This document shows, piece by piece, positions 39,407 to 49,627 of a stretch of DNA of 64,000 nucleotides. The position numbers and the translations under genes were made by a program. Each line of letters begins with the position of its first letter. Positions within the stretch are counted from its first letter, which is position 1. The notes under the pieces are model-generated. The model was not told the origin of the DNA. It did not search any database and saw only the letters and a program-made list of their open reading frames with translations. Location of the stretch: positions 434,001-498,000 of IMG/VR virus record IMGVR_UViG_3300049215_000771. The stretch is one strand, 5' to 3'.

Positions 39407-40051
39407 TCACTGCGTCCCGCTTTCCACACTCGGCTCGGCAGCATGGACCCCAGCGATCCCTGCGAAGTTGATGGGAACCTCGCTGTCCACGACCAGCGTG
39501 CCCACGGCGTCGTGCAGCACGATATTGCGAGCGCCCAGGGCGGCGATGGCGTCCTGAACGGCCTGCGGGTTGGCGTCATCGGTGAGGGTCACGATATACT
39601 GGTACTGACCAACTTCCTTCACTTCCTGGCTGTTCTCAACGCCACTGATGGCGGCGAAGTTGAGGGGAACCTCGCTGTCAACGGTCATGAGGCCCATGCC
39701 GTGAATCTCGATGTTGCGAGCGCCCTGCGCCGCCACAGCTTGTTTCACGGCCTCCAGGGTAGCCGTCGAGTCGAGGGCTTCCGCCGTCAGGGTCAGGACG
39801 TACTTCTTCATCTTCGTCTTGCCTTTCTTCTTGCGTGCTTCGTACTCGGCGATTTTGTTCGACATGAGGACCATGTGGGTCAAACCGCCAACAAACCCCA
39901 GCACTACGGATATGATCGTGATCCAGGGCATAGTTCCTAGACGGGAATCTAGGAATATGCCCAGGATCATCGGGGCGACCATTTCCATGCCGCACTGAGC
40001 AAGGGCCATATACATGCCCATTTCTTTGCGATCACCGTCGTTCGGGATCAT
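39407..40051 (-). CDS. AtpI/AtpZ-like membrane domain fused in frame to a duplicated small alpha/beta domain
   Basis: ALAQCGMEMVAPMILGIFLDSRLGTMPW...GFVGG, then two ~60-aa repeats (Y.(L/V)TLT...GARNI...VDSEVP.NFA.I.GV). Confidence 0.6.
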   Translation of the reverse strand: MIPNDGDRKEMGMYMALAQCGMEMVAPMILGIFLDSRLGTMPWITIISVVLGFVGGLTHMVLMSNKIAEYEARKKKGKTKMKKYVLTLTAEALDSTATLEAVKQAVAAQGARNIEIHGMGLMTVDSEVPLNFAAISGVENSQEVKEVGQYQYIVTLTDDANPQAVQDAIAALGARNIVLHDAVGTLVVDSEVPINFAGIAGVHAAEPSVESGTQ

Positions 40052-40431
40052 TGCTTGCCCGCCGCCACCCGTTGTGCAGACATCAGGATATTGTAGTTGC
40101 TCATGCGCTGCTGCGCTTCAGCATTCGCTGCCGCTCGATTCTGTGCCCGCTGGATATTGATGGCCTTGTGCGCCGCCCAGGTCTGCTGTTGAAGCATGAG
40201 TCGCTGATTGTAGTAATCGAGCGGCGTCATCAACGTCTTGGTCGGCAACGGAGTCGTGAGTGTCGAAGGCAGCGTCGGCAATGCCTTCATCAGATCGGCA
40301 CGGGTCGGCGCACATTGCGCCGTACATTTTCCGTTCTTGCAGGAGAAGGTCGGTGGTCCGCCGATCACCGGCGCTTGCCCGAAGGCAGTTGCGGAAAATA
40401 CCAACACGGCGAGCAAAGACAGAATTCTCAT
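40048..40431 (-). CDS. Secreted hypothetical protein
   Basis: Signal peptide MRILSLLAVLVFSATAFGQ. Confidence 0.6.
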   Translation of the reverse strand: MRILSLLAVLVFSATAFGQAPVIGGPPTFSCKNGKCTAQCAPTRADLMKALPTLPSTLTTPLPTKTLMTPLDYYNQRLMLQQQTWAAHKAINIQRAQNRAAANAEAQQRMSNYNILMSAQRVAAGKQ

Positions 40432-40955
40432 AGCTTCTTCCTCCGGTAATGGGAACGCTGGCGGTTTTCAAACGCCCAGCACTTGAACACTGTTTTCAGT
40501 TCTTCAGGTGAGGAAGCCCGGCGAAGCACGGTCCCGTCGATCATTTCTTCAGTCAAAACCGTAATCAGGATGGGAGGTTCGCCTTCTCTGTCATTCTCTC
40601 CAATGCAAAAAACAGCCCTACCAGATTGGTAGAACTCAAATTCCTCGCCCTCGGAGCGCTGCTCTTTCTTGAATGCTGCCAAGAACAACGGATCGACAAC
40701 CCTGGCCCCTGCTTCCTTGGCCTCCCGATACCGCTGAACAATTGAACGGTCGATGTACCTGGCCCCGATGTAAATGGCCTCTCGAATGTCCCGCTGAAGA
40801 TTGGCACAAGTCACACAACCTGGACACTTCCCCAGGTGTTCGTAACGCTTGGGATCAGCGATGCGCTCGATCCAGCGTTCACGAGCATGAGGCGTAATGA
40901 TGATAAGGTATGGCTTGCGAACAGGCACATCAGGGGTTGGAGGCTGCTCGTCCAT
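40428..40955 (-). CDS. Hypothetical protein with a T-x-HA-x-x-RW-x-x-R motif
   Basis: IITPHARERWIER; similar to 29819-30319. Confidence 0.55.
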   Translation of the reverse strand: MDEQPPTPDVPVRKPYLIIITPHARERWIERIADPKRYEHLGKCPGCVTCANLQRDIREAIYIGARYIDRSIVQRYREAKEAGARVVDPLFLAAFKKEQRSEGEEFEFYQSGRAVFCIGENDREGEPPILITVLTEEMIDGTVLRRASSPEELKTVFKCWAFENRQRSHYRRKKL

Positions 40956-40964
40956 ACCCCCATC

Positions 40965-41459
40965 TTACCCTGAAAAATCCTGGTTGTAAAGTCCCTTGCG
41001 AAGATACCACCGATTTGCTTCAAGGTACTGGAGGGTTCCGTTAAACTCCTCCTGCGGCACCCGGCTGAAATACTGGTTGATCCAGTTTTGCGCCTCGACG
41101 TTACTGGCCGGCATTGTCGGCACGGGAATGAAGTACAAGGTGATTGTGGTCGGGTTGCATAGCTCGAACAGTTCGCCTTCGGGAATCTCCTCGAACTGGT
41201 CGAGCAGCATCATGAAAGCACAACAAACTCGATGCTCCTCGTCGATGCCGATGAGAAACATCCCTTCCGGCCACTTATTGGGAGGAAGATACATCTGATG
41301 CGTTCGCATGTAGCGAACGCAATTCGCCATCCGACTCAGGGTCGGATCATCCTCGAAGAAACCTTCGTCACGTTTGAGTGGGTTGTCGGGATCGACGAGT
41401 TTGTGAATAGGAACAAGAATCGGCTTCAACGCTCCAAGTTCCCAATCAGGACTGTCCAT
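40965..41459 (-). CDS. Hypothetical protein
   Basis: Start trimmed to MDSPDW, immediately after the upstream stop codon. Confidence 0.5.
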   Translation of the reverse strand: MDSPDWELGALKPILVPIHKLVDPDNPLKRDEGFFEDDPTLSRMANCVRYMRTHQMYLPPNKWPEGMFLIGIDEEHRVCCAFMMLLDQFEEIPEGELFELCNPTTITLYFIPVPTMPASNVEAQNWINQYFSRVPQEEFNGTLQYLEANRWYLRKGLYNQDFSG

Positions 41460-41460
41460 G

Positions 41461-41757
41461 TTACCATCCAGCTTGATAGAAGTAGTGACATCCAGGACAC
41501 TGCATCCGTACAGGGTCGCCGGCCTCAACGAAATACGGTTCTTTCTTCTCAAGAACCGTGCCGCATCTCGGACAAAACGTACTTCTGGCAACTGGAAGGT
41601 CTTTGGTGCATTGCTCATTCATAAGCCGCTGACTTTCCAGCAAGACCGCCGTGGTTTGTCGGGACCACTTATCGGAGATGCCTTTCAGCAAGCCATGCTT
41701 ATTCCACCGTGCCTCCAGTTGTTTTGCTTCTTCGAGGAAACGATGATTCGGGTTCAT
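41461..41757 (-). CDS. Small protein: gp23-like capsid N-terminal segment fused to a zinc ribbon
   Basis: EARWNKHGLLKGISDKWSRQTTAVLLESQ resembles the T4-like MCP N-terminus (EKW..L....I....R..TA.LLENQ); then CPRC...CPGC. Confidence 0.6.
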   Translation of the reverse strand: MNPNHRFLEEAKQLEARWNKHGLLKGISDKWSRQTTAVLLESQRLMNEQCTKDLPVARSTFCPRCGTVLEKKEPYFVEAGDPVRMQCPGCHYFYQAGW

Positions 41758-42257
41758 TTCACTATCACCTTATTCCCATCAACAACGATCAACTTCTCAC
41801 CTTCGACGATCTCGATGGGTTTTTCTTTTTTCTTTTTTTCTGGTGGCGGGTCATCGGGGAACATCTTCTTGTAGACTTTGATGTACACAATGTACAAAGT
41901 CAACGAAATGATGAGGAAGTCCAAGAATGCTTTTATCAGGTGGCCTATCTCAACATTCATGCCGGCGACCGGATGGATCACCATATCCCGCCAGTTCCCA
42001 GCAGAAGCCCCTCCGTTGACAAAATAATTGACGACTGGCATCAGGGCGTAGTCGCAAATTGCAGTCACGACCTTGTTGAAAGCAGCCGCCATAATAAGAC
42101 CCACAGCGACTTGCATCATATCTTTGTTGAAAGCGAACTTCTTGTATTCCTCCAACTCCTTGCTTGGGTCAATGACTATCGGGCCGAGCATTTTCTGTGT
42201 TGCATTGCCCGGCTCAGGTGGTGTAGGTTGTGGAGGAAGCGGCGTCACGTTGTTCAT
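41754..42257 (-). CDS. mscL: Large-conductance mechanosensitive channel
   Basis: EYKKFAF...MQVAVGLIMAAAFNKVV...MP, G.LIKAFLDFLII; ATG lies just after the tRNA-Leu 3' end. Confidence 0.85.
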   Translation of the reverse strand: MNNVTPLPPQPTPPEPGNATQKMLGPIVIDPSKELEEYKKFAFNKDMMQVAVGLIMAAAFNKVVTAICDYALMPVVNYFVNGGASAGNWRDMVIHPVAGMNVEIGHLIKAFLDFLIISLTLYIVYIKVYKKMFPDDPPPEKKKKEKPIEIVEGEKLIVVDGNKVIVK

Positions 42258-42259
42258 AG

Positions 42260-42342
42260 TGGCCTGGGTGGGAGTCGAACCCACATGGTCTTGCGACCGG
42301 CAGATTTTGAGTCTGCTGCGTATACCGTTTCGCCACCAGGCC
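42260..42342 (-). tRNA. tRNA-Leu(CAA), long V arm
   Basis: GGCCTGG/CCAGGCC, A73, GCAGA-CTCAAAA-TCTGC. Confidence 0.93.
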
Positions 42343-43630
42343 AACCATCATGTGGTATTGTAGAATGACGACATGATGAGTCCAATCTGGATTGGTTTTG
42401 CGCCACCAGCCTTGGTAACTTCCAACCACGCCCGCTCGCACGCTGCGACTTCCACGGCATTGTCGGTCCAAGGTTCAAGCGGAACTTCCACTGTCATCTT
42501 CGTCCAGGTTCCGTCTTTCCACAGTAGGTACACTTCCACCTTCTTCATTTTTCTTCCTCAGTGTGACCTTCACCCCGCCGTAACTTAACGACATCTCGGA
42601 GATGAAGGGGAAGTCCGCCAAAATTCCCGACGCCTGTTTCATCACTTGCCTGACGATTTGCAGGTCGTCGGCTGGGTTCTCGCTCCCTTTCATGCAATTC
42701 TCCATCCAAATACGCCTTGAGGATCACCAGCACGTCAGCTTGTTTCATCCCCATTTCTTTGGCGACTTCTGCCAGAGCTACTTCGTGATCCCTCGGATAG
42801 AGCCTGGTTTTCAAGTAGATCAGAAACAACACTTGCCAGGGACGTTTTTCTTTACTGTACTCCCTTTTGAGAAAGAAATCCGTGCCCTGCTTGCCAGTAA
42901 TCTCCGGGAACCTGAAAACGAGCGGTTTTGGTTTTTCCTTCACCGGCTTTGCCTTCGGCATCCCTTTCTTGTAGTTTCTGATGTTCCTGTAAACTTCAGG
43001 CACAGGAACTTTCGCCATCTCAGCAACTTGTTCCGGCTTGTAGCCCAGGCGAAGATACAACAAACATTCGAGGAACTTGTTGCCTGGCTTTGCTTCGAGC
43101 AGCGTCCGAATCTCGGCAGCTTCGTGTTGCCATTCAACCTTGGGGGCGAGTTTTTTCTTTCTCCATCGCCAGCGCCATGTCATCGTGTAGTCCACCAGCG
43201 TTTGAGTCGTTGCCACCAGGTATGGTAAATGCGTTGATGATGCTGATGTTCCTTCATCCTTTCGAGGGCCAAAGTCTTGAACCCACAATCGACACACTGG
43301 TACTCAATGTCAAGTTCACTACCATCCAGAACTTGACCATCCTTCAGGCCAATGGTCGGGATCAGGATATTTGCCGCAGTCCTGGGCGGTATCTCGCCCA
43401 GGTTGTCGATATGAACGCTCATGTTCATGGTGGTTGATCCGGGTATACCCGGTCCAGTTCGTGTTCTTCTTCAATCAGCTTGTTCAACTTTCGGAAGTAG
43501 GCGATGGCGTCCTCAACATTGCCGGTCGTGGGGACTTTGAGCGCCACCCTGCGGTCGGCAAGGTCTTGCAATCGCCTCATCTTCTCGGCCTCGGTGATCT
43601 GGTTGGGCGGCGTGCCCAGCAGGATATTTC

Positions 43631-44236
43631 TCACTTCGGGGCCACCTTCCTGAACTCGGTAGCCAACTCATTGTAGATGGGTTGGTACTTGGTTTTGAAG
43701 TAAGCCCAATCATAATGCGGGTCGTTCAGGATGTCAAACCAGAATTGGTTCGCCGCCCCGAAATCCAAAATCTGCCCATGATCGGCGATTTGCTTGCCGA
43801 AGTTGAGTATTCTCAACGAGTGGAATAGGCTTTTCCAACCGATGTAGAAGTCTTTCTCAACCTCGATCTTCTTCTTCGCCTTCACGAAACTGTGAGACGC
43901 CTTCGCCGACAACTCGTTGCGAAGGCTGCCCAGGTTCAGCTTGAACTTGAATCGCTTCTTCACCTGACCGTCAGGATGGAAATATCCCTCCAGGGTGTGA
44001 ATCTTGTGCAGGTCCAGTTGTTGCTGCCAGTCCCGCTTGTTGTAAATGTGAATGTTCACATTGTCGTGGCGGAACTCAGTCCCGGTATCGGCACGACGAT
44101 TCTCAGGCACGATAGCCATGTAGTCGTAGTCCGACTTGTCGCTATGCGTACCATAAACCCGGCTGCCGTAGGGGACAAGAACCACATCCCTGTCCGACAG
44201 CCCGTAGGTCGCCTTGAAATAGTCAATGCCGTTCAT
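43631..44236 (-). CDS. Pol-beta-superfamily nucleotidyltransferase
   Basis: YGSRVYG...SDYDY (GS...DxD); start MNGID. Confidence 0.75.
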   Translation of the reverse strand: MNGIDYFKATYGLSDRDVVLVPYGSRVYGTHSDKSDYDYMAIVPENRRADTGTEFRHDNVNIHIYNKRDWQQQLDLHKIHTLEGYFHPDGQVKKRFKFKLNLGSLRNELSAKASHSFVKAKKKIEVEKDFYIGWKSLFHSLRILNFGKQIADHGQILDFGAANQFWFDILNDPHYDWAYFKTKYQPIYNELATEFRKVAPK

Positions 44237-45960
44237 GACATCACTGAGGGCAGGCCGGACTAATATGGTCGAACCACAACGGGGCCGGCTCACAATTCCC
44301 GATATTGACGAGACGCTGAACTGCACCGTCATCTTTGTGGATCGAAAAACTCACACCGCAAACCAGCGACATGGCTGTATACTCAATGCCAGTCGTATCC
44401 AGGTAAGCCTTCACACCTTTCTGTTGCTCGTCGGCGTGATCCTTGCGCCATTGTCTTTTGTCGTAAACGCCTGCGGGCACGTCATCCGGGTCGTCGAAAT
44501 GAAGGTACACGTCAAGCCGATCACCATCATCCTCGACATGCCTCCGCAGATGCGGCGTACACCGCTTTTCCTGGGCTGCCCATTCAGCAAGTGTCATGTT
44601 GGCCTCAGTTTCATCCTCGCCCGTAATGCCAGCCTGCTTTTCAGCAACGGGCTGTCCTGGCGAGTCTTCCTTTCGTCGTTATCGTCGATGCTCCTGTGTT
44701 GCTTCTCTCCGACAACCACCAAGTCATCGGGATTGTAACCATAACGAAGGTTACTCGGCTGCCACCGCACATCCACTTCCGGCCCCTGGAAGGTTCCGTA
44801 GTCCAGAAGCCCATCCACAACGCCGATGCAATCACCAAACTCTTCAATATGTTCAGCGCAACCATTGCCGATCATGGCCTGCTTGAGTTCTTCCGACATT
44901 CTTACTAGGGTGCCAGGTTTCATAGCTTCTCAATCTGCTTACAAAGGTCACGAAGGAACCTGTTCCTCCTGGCTTCGATTGCCTCCCGAAGCATCGACAC
45001 GAGTGCGCCGCCGTGATCCTGAACCGTCACCCGCCCCATCTCCCAGCCTCCCCTGGAGAGAATATGGAAGCTGTCGTCTACACTAAAAGACGCCTCAGCC
45101 CGCTCAAGGTTCAGATTAAAAACTTCCGGCTCGCCCCCGCTGGTGTGCCAGATGAAGCGGTCTTCGTTGGTTGCGTGGACCAACTCTTCGAGGATGACGG
45201 AAACTTTCTCGGTGTCAAGTAACGGCATCTTGCGTCTTCTCGTGCTTCAAGCAATGGTAGTGTTCCAGACCACGGGTCGGGAAAACGTAGTACCCACAGT
45301 GTTCCGTGAAGACAGCAATTTCTTCTCGCTGCTCGTCACGCACCAGGAAAGCGTAGTTGAAGAACATATTCGAGCCGTCCTCAAACTGGATCGACACGAA
45401 CGAATTGAACTGGCTCAGGTCGAACCAGTTGTTCTTCTTGATGTAGTCCTGCCAGTGTTTGGGCAAGTTGTTGAAAAACTTGTCAATGACGTTCATTTCT
45501 TCTTCCTGTATCGACCGTCGATCTCTTCTTCCCGGAACTCATCCACCACGTTTTTCTCGACGTGATGGAGTTTGTACCAGTGTTCCTTATGGATTCCAGT
45601 TGTGTAGCGACCGACGACCACGGCAATTGCGCCATTCCAGTAGTAGGGCGTCTGGCCGTCCTTGGATCGTCCCTTCAGGACACGAACTTTCTGACCTGGC
45701 TCGTACAAATAGGGTTTAGGGTCCGGGCGGTTGTATGCTTTCACCAACAGGTCCATGAAGGTGTCGCTCATACCTCAGTCAACTCCAATCCAAGGTCTTC
45801 ACACAACTCGCTGGCAGCCTCCATCGAGCGGTTGTAGACCGTTTTACCTTGCCGATCATTGATGAACAATTCACCGCCGTTGTAGTAGCCAGCAAGTCCA
45901 TGATCGGATTTCTTACAGGCTTCACGCAATTGTTTCAGCGCCAACATTATCTTCTCCTTG

Positions 45961-46041
45961 TGACCGGGGAGGGAGTCGAACCCTCACGCCTTTCGGCACA
46001 GCGTTCTAAGCGCTGCGTGGCTGCCATTACACCACCCGGCC
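45961..46041 (-). tRNA. tRNA-Leu(TAG)
   Basis: CAGCG-CTTAGAA-CGCTG, V arm, A73. Confidence 0.92.
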
Positions 46042-46473
46042 ATATTGACTATGACAATTAGGACATCTGAATTCCAAATTTCCCAACCTGTTGTCAAGCC
46101 AGTTCCCATTTTTGTGATTGACTTCCAACACAATCGGAAGTCCGTTCCAAGTGTCTCTGACAGGACAACAGGCACACTTGTACTCCACGCCACTTTCAAT
46201 CATCGCCCGCCGTAATCGGGCGGCTGCTTCCCTTGATCCACTCTCACGCAACACCAGGATGTCTTCTGCATCCTTCCGGTTCAATCCGGGCTGCAAGAAA
46301 TCGGTCGGCTTTTTGAAATGCGAAACATCAATCTTATACTCAGCCAATCGCCGTTTGATATGACTGAAGTTTCCACCAGCCTCCCTAAGCCCTAGTTTTC
46401 TGATTACATCGGCGACCGATTCACTATCAGAAACAATCGCCTGGAGCATGTCACGAGTATATTTGATTCTCAT
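46027..46473 (-). mobile_element. Free-standing HNH endonuclease whose ORF ends inside tRNA-Leu(TAG)
   Basis: CACC...LEVNHKNGNWLDNRLGNLEFRCPNCH; own TACAAT 5 nt before the ATG. Confidence 0.85.
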
Positions 46474-46938
46474 GACATATTGTAGTAGCCTGGCTGTAGA
46501 AAACTACGGCGTGTCTTCCTTTTTTTCTCGTTCCTTCTGGATCGACTCCATAATGGAGTTGGTGAAAGCATACCCGCATCTGGTACATTTCCACATGCGC
46601 TCGCTTTCTGGAGCCTTGTACGGATCGGCGTACCGATCTTCCATGTATTCCAGGTCCAGTTCACAATCACCGCCGCAGATGCAACAAGTCGTGTCATGTA
46701 GCATCGTCGATGCTCCTGTGTTTCTTGTTGACCACCACTTCGATGGGATCAACACAAACAACACTCCCATCTGCCAGTTCCACAATTATACAAAGACCGT
46801 GGGAGTCGTGGTACTCTCGAACGTACCCGACTCCCTCCACCGGCTCTCCGTGATGTTCTGTGTCGTATTCGTTGCCGTTGGTGCCTCGGAAGTATACCGT
46901 TTTACCAACGGCATCACGACACTTCTCCCACAAATTTC

Positions 46939-48141
46939 TCATTTCTTCAACACCACCGAAGAACCATCGCTCCGATCCCGAATCTCACAACCCAGGTCGA
47001 TGATCCTTCTTTTCAGGGCATCGGCCCCAGCCCAATTTCGCTGCCGCCTGCATTCCTCTCGGAGTTTGGCAAGCTGGATGGCGTCGTCGGGAGCATCCTC
47101 ATCCGAGAACATCTGGAAACCGAGTAATTCGGCTTGCTCCAGGCTGGGATTCACGAAAGTCGCTGCGATGGCTTCCGAAGTATTCAGGTTGGCGTCCATC
47201 GCCTTGGCGAAATCTTCCGAAACTCCATGTTCTGGTGCCGACTTCAGCCGATTCCTCAAAGCCTTCCACTGTTGCGCCGAAGTCCCATCCAACAACCCTT
47301 CAACGGATAAAGGTTTGGCATAACTGGCCGAGAGAATCCAGAAGCGAATCACGTTGGGGTCCGTGCCATTCGCCCGATAGTCCCGGATGTTGACGGCGTT
47401 CCCCTCGGATTTTCCCATCCTCCTGTCGCCGATCTGAACCATCCCATTGTGGAGCCAGATGTCCGCCAAGGGCGATCCGGCATGAAGGCATTCGGACTGA
47501 GCGATCTCATTCTCGTGATGCGGAAACTTCAAATCGTCGCCGCCCACATGAATATCCACCGTGAACCCAATGGTCCTTTCAATCATGATGGAGCATTCAA
47601 GATGCCAACCAGGTCGCCCCTTGGGGAATTCAGACTCATTGGCCTTCGGCCCCTTCCACAAAACGAAATCTTCCGCCGTTTTCCGACGTGAAAGTTTCCC
47701 ATATCCAGGGAACGTCTTCGTTTTGAAGCGAATGTCGCCATCTTTGTGGTAAGCATGGCCACTTTCGACAAGCGCCGTAGCTGCAACCTTCATCGGGATC
47801 ATGTAGTCCGTCACACGGGGGTACAAGTCCGCCTTCTGGACGTTCAGCCAGCCCATGTCATTGAAATAGTCGTCGATGAAGCGGTCAGCCAGTTCTTTGC
47901 TGGTCACGCCCTCCTTTGCCGCCCGATCCACGATTTTGTCGTCCACGTCCGTAAAATTCTGAACGTGGTAGACCTTCTGCCGGCGTTTGAGCCAGCGTTT
48001 CAGCACGTCCCACACAACATAGCTCCTGGCGTGTCCCAGGTGGCAGTAGTCGTAGACCGTTACACCACAAGCGTACATAGTGATCGGGCGGTCACTAGGG
48101 ACTTCTTTTTCACGCCGGGTTAGGGAGTCGTGCAGTTTCAT
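46939..48141 (-). CDS. cysS: Cysteinyl-tRNA synthetase (compact)
   Basis: YACGVTVYDYCHLGHARS, NFTDVDDKI, GRPGWHLECS, FPHHENE and MGKSEGN motifs; start MKLHD at 48141. Confidence 0.95.
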   Translation of the reverse strand: MKLHDSLTRREKEVPSDRPITMYACGVTVYDYCHLGHARSYVVWDVLKRWLKRRQKVYHVQNFTDVDDKIVDRAAKEGVTSKELADRFIDDYFNDMGWLNVQKADLYPRVTDYMIPMKVAATALVESGHAYHKDGDIRFKTKTFPGYGKLSRRKTAEDFVLWKGPKANESEFPKGRPGWHLECSIMIERTIGFTVDIHVGGDDLKFPHHENEIAQSECLHAGSPLADIWLHNGMVQIGDRRMGKSEGNAVNIRDYRANGTDPNVIRFWILSASYAKPLSVEGLLDGTSAQQWKALRNRLKSAPEHGVSEDFAKAMDANLNTSEAIAATFVNPSLEQAELLGFQMFSDEDAPDDAIQLAKLREECRRQRNWAGADALKRRIIDLGCEIRDRSDGSSVVLKK

Positions 48142-48177
48142 GCGCCCATAGTACCCCGATTTAGAAGAAGTGTAAAG

Positions 48178-48256
48178 TAGCCTCGGTGGGAGTCGAACCC
48201 ACATCCTTTCGGCACCGGGTTTAAGCCGGCTGCGTATACCGTTCCGCCACGAGGCC
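48178..48256 (-). tRNA. tRNA-Leu(TAA)
   Basis: GCCGG-CTTAAAC-CCGGT, V arm, A73. Confidence 0.9.
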
Positions 48257-48301
48257 ATTCAACCAAATCGGTTGAAAGTTGGTGTTTTCAACCGATTTGG
48301 T

Positions 48302-49369
48302 TTATCTAATCTCGACCTTCAATTCCTTCATCCGGTCACGAAGCTGTTGCTGACGGGCGTTGATTTCCTCGTTCGTCAGCACCCGATCCATCGACCTGTA
48401 GGTGATGCGGTAGCAATGAGATTCCCGCTCACCTTTTTTGAAAGAATCCAGCAGCTTGACACTTTCAACCAGATCGCCGTGTAGATCACGAACAATCTGG
48501 TAGAAATCGTTCTCGCTGTAGCCAGCCGGAATCCAGAACGCCATGTCTTTGACACACGGCGGCTGGACCGAGAATGGCTTGAATTTAGAGTCCAGGTCTT
48601 TGAACTGGTTGAGGAAGCGTTCGTCCTCACTCCAGAACAATCGGATGTCCGGGATGTCGAAAACAAGCATTGCCAGCCGCTCCAGGCCAACACCGAACGC
48701 CCAGCCCTGGGTGTAGTCACTGTAGTTGTCACCAAGAGGCCCAAGGGCTTCACAGCGCTTGATAACATCGGGATGGACGATGCCACAACCCGCTACTTCC
48801 AGCCACTCGCCATTCCATTCGATCTCCAACTCCCAAGAAGGGTTCGTGAACGGGAAGTAGGAGTCCACGAATCTGTAGTTCAACTGCCGGTTATGTGGGC
48901 TGTACGGGATGTTGAGAACTCGTTCTATCATGTCGAACATATGTTCCTTCAACATCCTCTCAAGGTCCAATGTCTGATATTTCGCCTTGTGAAAAAGGCC
49001 CACGCCTTCAACCTGGTGGAACACCGGGTAATGCGTGCGATCAATGGTGTCTCGCCGGTACACGTCGCCACAGACCAGGAACTTCATGTGTCCCTTGTTG
49101 ATGAGCATGTGCTGATGGGCGCTGGTATGCGTCCTCAGAACGTGCTTCTCGTCAACGTAGTAGGTGTCAGAAGGCCGGCGAGAGGGATGGTCGGGTGGAA
49201 TCAGCAGATGGTCGAAGTTATCTTCCACTGTCACCACCGGCCCGAACGTCTCGTAGATTTCGTGGCCGGGGAAGGCCATATAGATAGCCTTCTTGACAAT
49301 TTCGAGCGGGTGTCGTTCCTTCAGATGGAGGTTACGCCCCATTTTTTCTTTGATGCTCGGCGGGATCAT
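48302..49369 (-). CDS. pheS: Monomeric (mitochondrial-type) phenylalanyl-tRNA synthetase
   Basis: HPSR..SDTYY, LRTHTSAHQ, YRRD.ID.THYPVFHQ, YFPFTNPS and GWAFGVGLERL motifs, fused to a C-terminal FDX-ACB (KDMAFW...SHCYRITYRS..R.LTNEEIN). Confidence 0.93.
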   Translation of the reverse strand: MIPPSIKEKMGRNLHLKERHPLEIVKKAIYMAFPGHEIYETFGPVVTVEDNFDHLLIPPDHPSRRPSDTYYVDEKHVLRTHTSAHQHMLINKGHMKFLVCGDVYRRDTIDRTHYPVFHQVEGVGLFHKAKYQTLDLERMLKEHMFDMIERVLNIPYSPHNRQLNYRFVDSYFPFTNPSWELEIEWNGEWLEVAGCGIVHPDVIKRCEALGPLGDNYSDYTQGWAFGVGLERLAMLVFDIPDIRLFWSEDERFLNQFKDLDSKFKPFSVQPPCVKDMAFWIPAGYSENDFYQIVRDLHGDLVESVKLLDSFKKGERESHCYRITYRSMDRVLTNEEINARQQQLRDRMKELKVEIR

Positions 49370-49536
49370 GGCTTACCGTCCTGATCGACCCAAATCATGC
49401 GGAAGTTTTTGCCGCTCCACTCCATGTGGTAGCCTTGGCTTTTCATGTAGGCGTAGTGCATGGCGGCAATGCCAAAAACCACGGCGAACAACAAAACATA
49501 CCAACGAATTTCTTTCCACATATTTCACCCTTTCAG

Positions 49537-49627
49537 CGGAAGAGAAGGGAATTGAACCCTTGCCGGACAATTAAGCCGGGCCAGTTTTCGAGACTGGTGC
49601 AGCAATCACAACATCTGCCTCTCTTCC
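49537..49627 (-). tRNA. tRNA-Ser(CGA)
   Basis: CCAGT-CTCGAAA-ACTGG, V arm, G73. Confidence 0.9.

Noticed and set aside
43439-43452. 14-bp palindrome CCGGGTATACCCGG
   Set aside because: Single copy within a coding region; expected by chance at this scale.
48142-48258. N-terminal extensions of the CysRS ORF and of the MscL ORF (42258-42344)
   Set aside because: They are translations of tRNA-Leu genes; the real starts are 48141 and 42257.
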